In this document: positions 42,469 to 46,348 of the stretch, in pieces
Numbering within the stretch: position 1 is the first letter of the stretch
How the letters are laid out: each line of letters starts with the position of its first letter
Program-made: the position numbers and the translations under genes
Source of the DNA: Perkinsus chesapeaki ATCC PRA-425
Lineage: Eukaryota > Protista > Perkinsozoa
DNA: 46,348 nucleotides
NCBI GenBank assembly: GCA_013115145.1
Contig: JAAPAO010000255.1
Coordinates: 1-46,348, forward strand
Direction: 5' to 3'
The notes under the pieces: generated by a model
Seen by the model: only the letters and a program-made list of their open reading frames with translations
Database searches by the model: none
Told to the model about the DNA's origin: nothing

Positions 42469-45400
42469 ATGTCTCATGCCTGCGTTAACTGCGGCGGGTC
42501 CCATACCGATTCGATGGCCATATTATCTTGTTGCCATCGTCTTTGCTCATCTTGCTCCGAACTATGCCTAAAGTGCCCCCGCTGCCCTCTCGATCAAACG
42601 AATGACAAATTCCTGTTACCCCCGACCCCCGCCGATCCGTGCCAGATTTGCTTTTCCGAGGCCCCAGCCGGATATGACTGTCGATCCTGCATTGGGTCCG
42701 ACGGTCGGCCGACTGCCATGTGCGATGATTGCGCACGGCATCACGCGCGGGCTCGCGCGACGGCGACGCATGAGTTGTGTTCTCGGGTGAAGGCAGCTGA
42801 ATGTCCTTCGTGCTCGCGGCCAGTGGAATCGACGAAAGATATATATTTCTGCGCATCGTGCCAAATTGCAGTATGCTCCAACTGCTTGGAAAGGGCCCAC
42901 GAAGACCACAACTGTCGGCCAGTCACAGAGTCACTCGCCGCGAAATTGCGACATAGTCTGGCCGAAGGTGCCCCCAAAAAGTGCTCAGAGATAATCGGCC
43001 GAGGAGTAATCCAGTGCGACGCTATTTTGAACTTGGCGGACAAAACTTACCAAAATCAAGATGCAAGATTGACCGATCTCGAGAAGGAAATTCTGTCGGC
43101 GGTCGGGGAACGATTCAAAGAGTTGCGGAAACTTCTACGACTGCAAGATGAACAGGTTCGAAGTGACGTGAGTCTGGTGCGGGAGAAACTCTTATATGTG
43201 GTCGAGGCCGAGAGCTTACTCGAAACGGCGAGGGGGGATGTTGAAGGTTGGGGCCCGAGGGAAGTGACACTAGTATATGGTATGTTGAAAAAAAGAGAGA
43301 AAGAAGTTACGGAATTGACCGCAAATTGTGGTAAAAATGCCACAGATGGTGACCCGGTGAGTTAGCCTTGCAGGGAAGCTTTGCCGGACGATTAACGAAC
43401 GGAAACTCAGACAGTTCCTCAACCTTGACGGCATTCAAGAATTGCTCGACGGAATTACGCGCTTCGGTGGGACGCAGGAAGGTGGCGCAATTTAGGATAG
43501 CTGTGACAGGTTCGGTGTCCCCGTGGAAAAATATGATATTCCCAATCGATCTAAGTAGACCAGATGGACGAGACGGCATGACTGAGCGAGCAGTTGATGA
43601 AATCTGTAAGAACTCCTCCGGATTTTTCTTCCTGTTCATATGATACATGCCTCCCTTCTAGGTGGAGTTGCTCATTTTTATTTAGTCGCAAAATCTCAAG
43701 GAAAGGATAACATCGGGAACGCCAATATGCGCAAATCATATCGAAGGCATTGAACTTCCGTCGACCTCCTCTCCGTCAATTTGGAGTTCCTCAACTTCAA
43801 TTTCGATCGCCCGTCCACATTACTGTTTCCCGAATGCGATGTGGTCTTTTGGTACTTGACAGCGCTTCTTAAACTTTGTCGCGGAAGCACCGTCTCGGTT
43901 GTTGCTTCATAAGTACATCAAATTTTGTCAGAATATCAACTCGCTTATTAAATCTGAAACCACCTATGAAATCTGAGTAACACCTTTGCACAGTATCAAA
44001 CAAACTTGAGTTATTCATTGGTAATCATCTTCACTAGATACGACAACGGAGAGGTCACCAGCCTCCATCACTCGAAGCAATATCCTAAATTATGGGGGAC
44101 TTCACATCAGATCCGATAAAGATATCACAGCGGACGGCATTGGCCCCCTTACCGACCAAATCGGTATTCCAGTTTACTCGCAAATGAAAGAGGCTGCTGC
44201 TGCTGCTGCTCTTCAGGGGACTTCACTGGAGGATCTGGTCTCGGCCAATTCCGCTCACCATACAGTGTTTGCAATCATGCAGGAAAGATGTTCATCTCTG
44301 ATAGTCTGAACCATCGAGTAGGTTGTATTATGATTATAGCTCAGCCCCGAATTCTACACTTGATCCTTGATAAACTACAACTGTATCACTCCGTTTGGCT
44401 CCGCCATCTCGCCATATCAAATCTGCTGACTCTCGTAGCTGACTCTAATCTCGCTCGCCTCAACATAGTTCGTCAATAGCACCACGACTTCTACCATACA
44501 ATTCGTCCACGCGGCTGATGTACGCAAATTGTTGAAATAATCCATTTAATGCTATCACGTAAGTTGGACAGCGCAAATGAATTTTAACTTATTAATAAAA
44601 CAAAGGTCATACCGAAGCAGTATGATCGGTGGTGATAGGCTAACCGATCCTATTGGGCTTGGAACTCGCACACGTCAATTTACAGGTACAAGTATTCGAC
44701 ACCAACACGCTCGAACTGCAGTACACCATCGGTCAGCGCGGTGACGGTGAGGGAGAGTTTTGTGACCCGAGCGGCATAGGCGTCGATAAAAATGGAAGGA
44801 TCATCGTGGCCGAGTATGCGATGATGATGTTGGCAGCTGAACTCGGACCATTGCCGCAGATATGGAAATGATCGGATACAAATATTCGATAATGAAGGGA
44901 AGTTTCTGCAATGTTGCGGAAGTTTCGGATCTGGTCAAGGAGAATTCTATGGGCCATTTGGAGTCCACATTTGTCCAGCCACTCAAAACCTGTTAATAAC
45001 AGACTCGTGTAACCATCGTGTGCAGGTGAGATTATCGCAATTTAACCAGGTCTTACTGAACATAGTAAGGGCAATTTGAGGTATCTTTCACCACATTTGA
45101 ATAGCACAACTCTCAAGATGTAAAATAAAGTCTTGCTTTTCGTTATTGCTACTCATCTTATCACAGCAGTGTACTATCCAGTTCTGTCTTGTGCGGCTCC
45201 TCAGGTCTTGTCTCCGACTGGCAAGTTCCTGTTCGCTTTTGGTCGCAAGGGTTCCGCCCCCGGGGAGTTCCTCTATCCCGAAGGCATCGGTACGACAATC
45301 GATGGAAGTTTCATAATTGTGTCGGATAAAGACAATGGGCGTATACAAGTCTTCACACAAAAGGGAGAGTAGGGCGACTCCATTTTAGTTGAATACTCCT

Positions 45401-45798
45401 CGGAAGGTTCGTTCGGCAAATCACAACTGCTTCCGAGGCTTGTGGTGCTCTAAGTGGCCCGCTTGGTGTTGCCGCTGATGTGCAGGGAAGACTGTATTGT
45501 TGCGATTGTGGCAATTCCAGAATAGTCTGCATTGAAATAACCGGAGAAGTAGTTAATAACACAGTTCGCCAGTGACCGGTTACTTAGGTCCTTTGGTCCA
45601 GCGATTCATCGAACAAGAACGACAACGGTCGTCAGCAACAGCCTTACACTTTTCCGGCCCCAACAGGAGTTGTAAGATACCTCTAATCTTATTATACGAT
45701 CACCTTCTCAGTGTATCGATCCTTCTGGTACACTGTATGTCGTTTGCGATCATGCTGTAATGATTTTTGGTCGAGAAGCACGTCAAAGAGTTGGCTAG
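42469..45798 (+). CDS. TRIM-NHL-like protein (RING, two B-boxes, coiled coil, NHL repeats)
   Basis: CVNC..CCHRLC..C..CPRC (RING); CQIC..C..C..CDDC..HH..H (B-box 1); C..C...FC..C...C..C...H..H (B-box 2); heptad-rich segment; NHL repeats GEGEFCDPSGIGVD, GEFLYPEGIG..DNGRIQVF, LSGPLGVAAD..DCGNSRI. Stop at 45796-45798. Confidence 0.85.
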
Positions 45799-46348
45799 TT
45801 TCATATGAGCTCCTTATTGTGGTGTTGCACAACTTAAGTCAGAGATGGAGAACCTCTTTTGTGTAATCGAGCCAGTTCGACTAGCGCACATGTTGTTGTA
45901 CGTAGACCAATATCATTCCTAAAAACAGCCACATCCTTCCAATCGAGTCATGCAAATCTAGGGGCACTCCGATCCCAGCCGAGAGCAGGCCCACTGGGTC
46001 AAATCTCACACCGCTTGGCGACTTGCTCGAGGAGCAGACTCACTGTATTTTAGCTGCTAAGCCACAGGACGATCGATGGTCGCTGCCTCTCGGAAATATG
46101 ATTCAATTTATATTAACTTGGTATTGTCAAAAGTGTGCATGAGACGGGTCAAGGAAGGTAACAAGTAAAGGCGGGGTGAATCTTCGGCACCAACTCTCAC
46201 AGCGACATTCTAACCAGCAAACGTGAGACCGACCCCGGTGCTACTGCGTGAGTGACCGAGGTGCGTAATAGTCCTCGTAAAATCCCATCGAACACGGGAG
46301 TGCGGGAGGAATACTCAAACCCGAAACCCGAACACACTCCAAAAGTTG

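Noticed and set aside
42485-43648. Multiple minus-strand ORFs over the TRIM gene
   Set aside because: Shadows of the GC-rich RING/B-box/coiled-coil exon.

Overview
Intron-rich eukaryotic nuclear DNA, most consistent with a Perkinsus-like alveolate. This is inferred from the ~40-55 bp GT-AG introns, an HPR/RAP-domain gene, a GH18-like secreted protein and lineage-specific secreted ORFs. I spliced genes by hand: a decayed MAP2K-like kinase, an HPR/RAP protein, a phosducin-like protein, a DOLPP1/PAP2 phosphatase, an AbfB/CBM42-like beta-trefoil protein, a 2OG-Fe(II) oxygenase, a catalytically degenerate GH18, an intronless SLC35F6-like transporter, a PNUTS-like TFIIS-N protein, a Bin3/MePCE methyltransferase, an alpha/beta hydrolase and a TRIM-NHL-like protein. 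Also present: one intact tRNA-Pro(AGG), a Tc1/mariner-type MITE, LTR-retrotransposon relics and tandem repeats. The most striking signal is in the introns. Unrelated genes carry introns built from a few shared sequence families: (1) tRNA-derived pieces in either orientation, ranging from an intact tRNA filling a 95-bp intron, through a decayed full-length tRNA that is a whole 78-bp intron, to about 9 T-arm/terminator relics; (2) alignable introns sharing AACGCTTCGCTCCGCTG; (3) two 43-bp introns sharing an identical 20-mer; (4) an ATCGATC-N4-GATCGAT palindrome family. This looks like an introner-like or tRNA-SINE-like system that creates or colonises spliceosomal introns. Gene ends marked approximate could not be resolved without RNA data, and no database searches were run.
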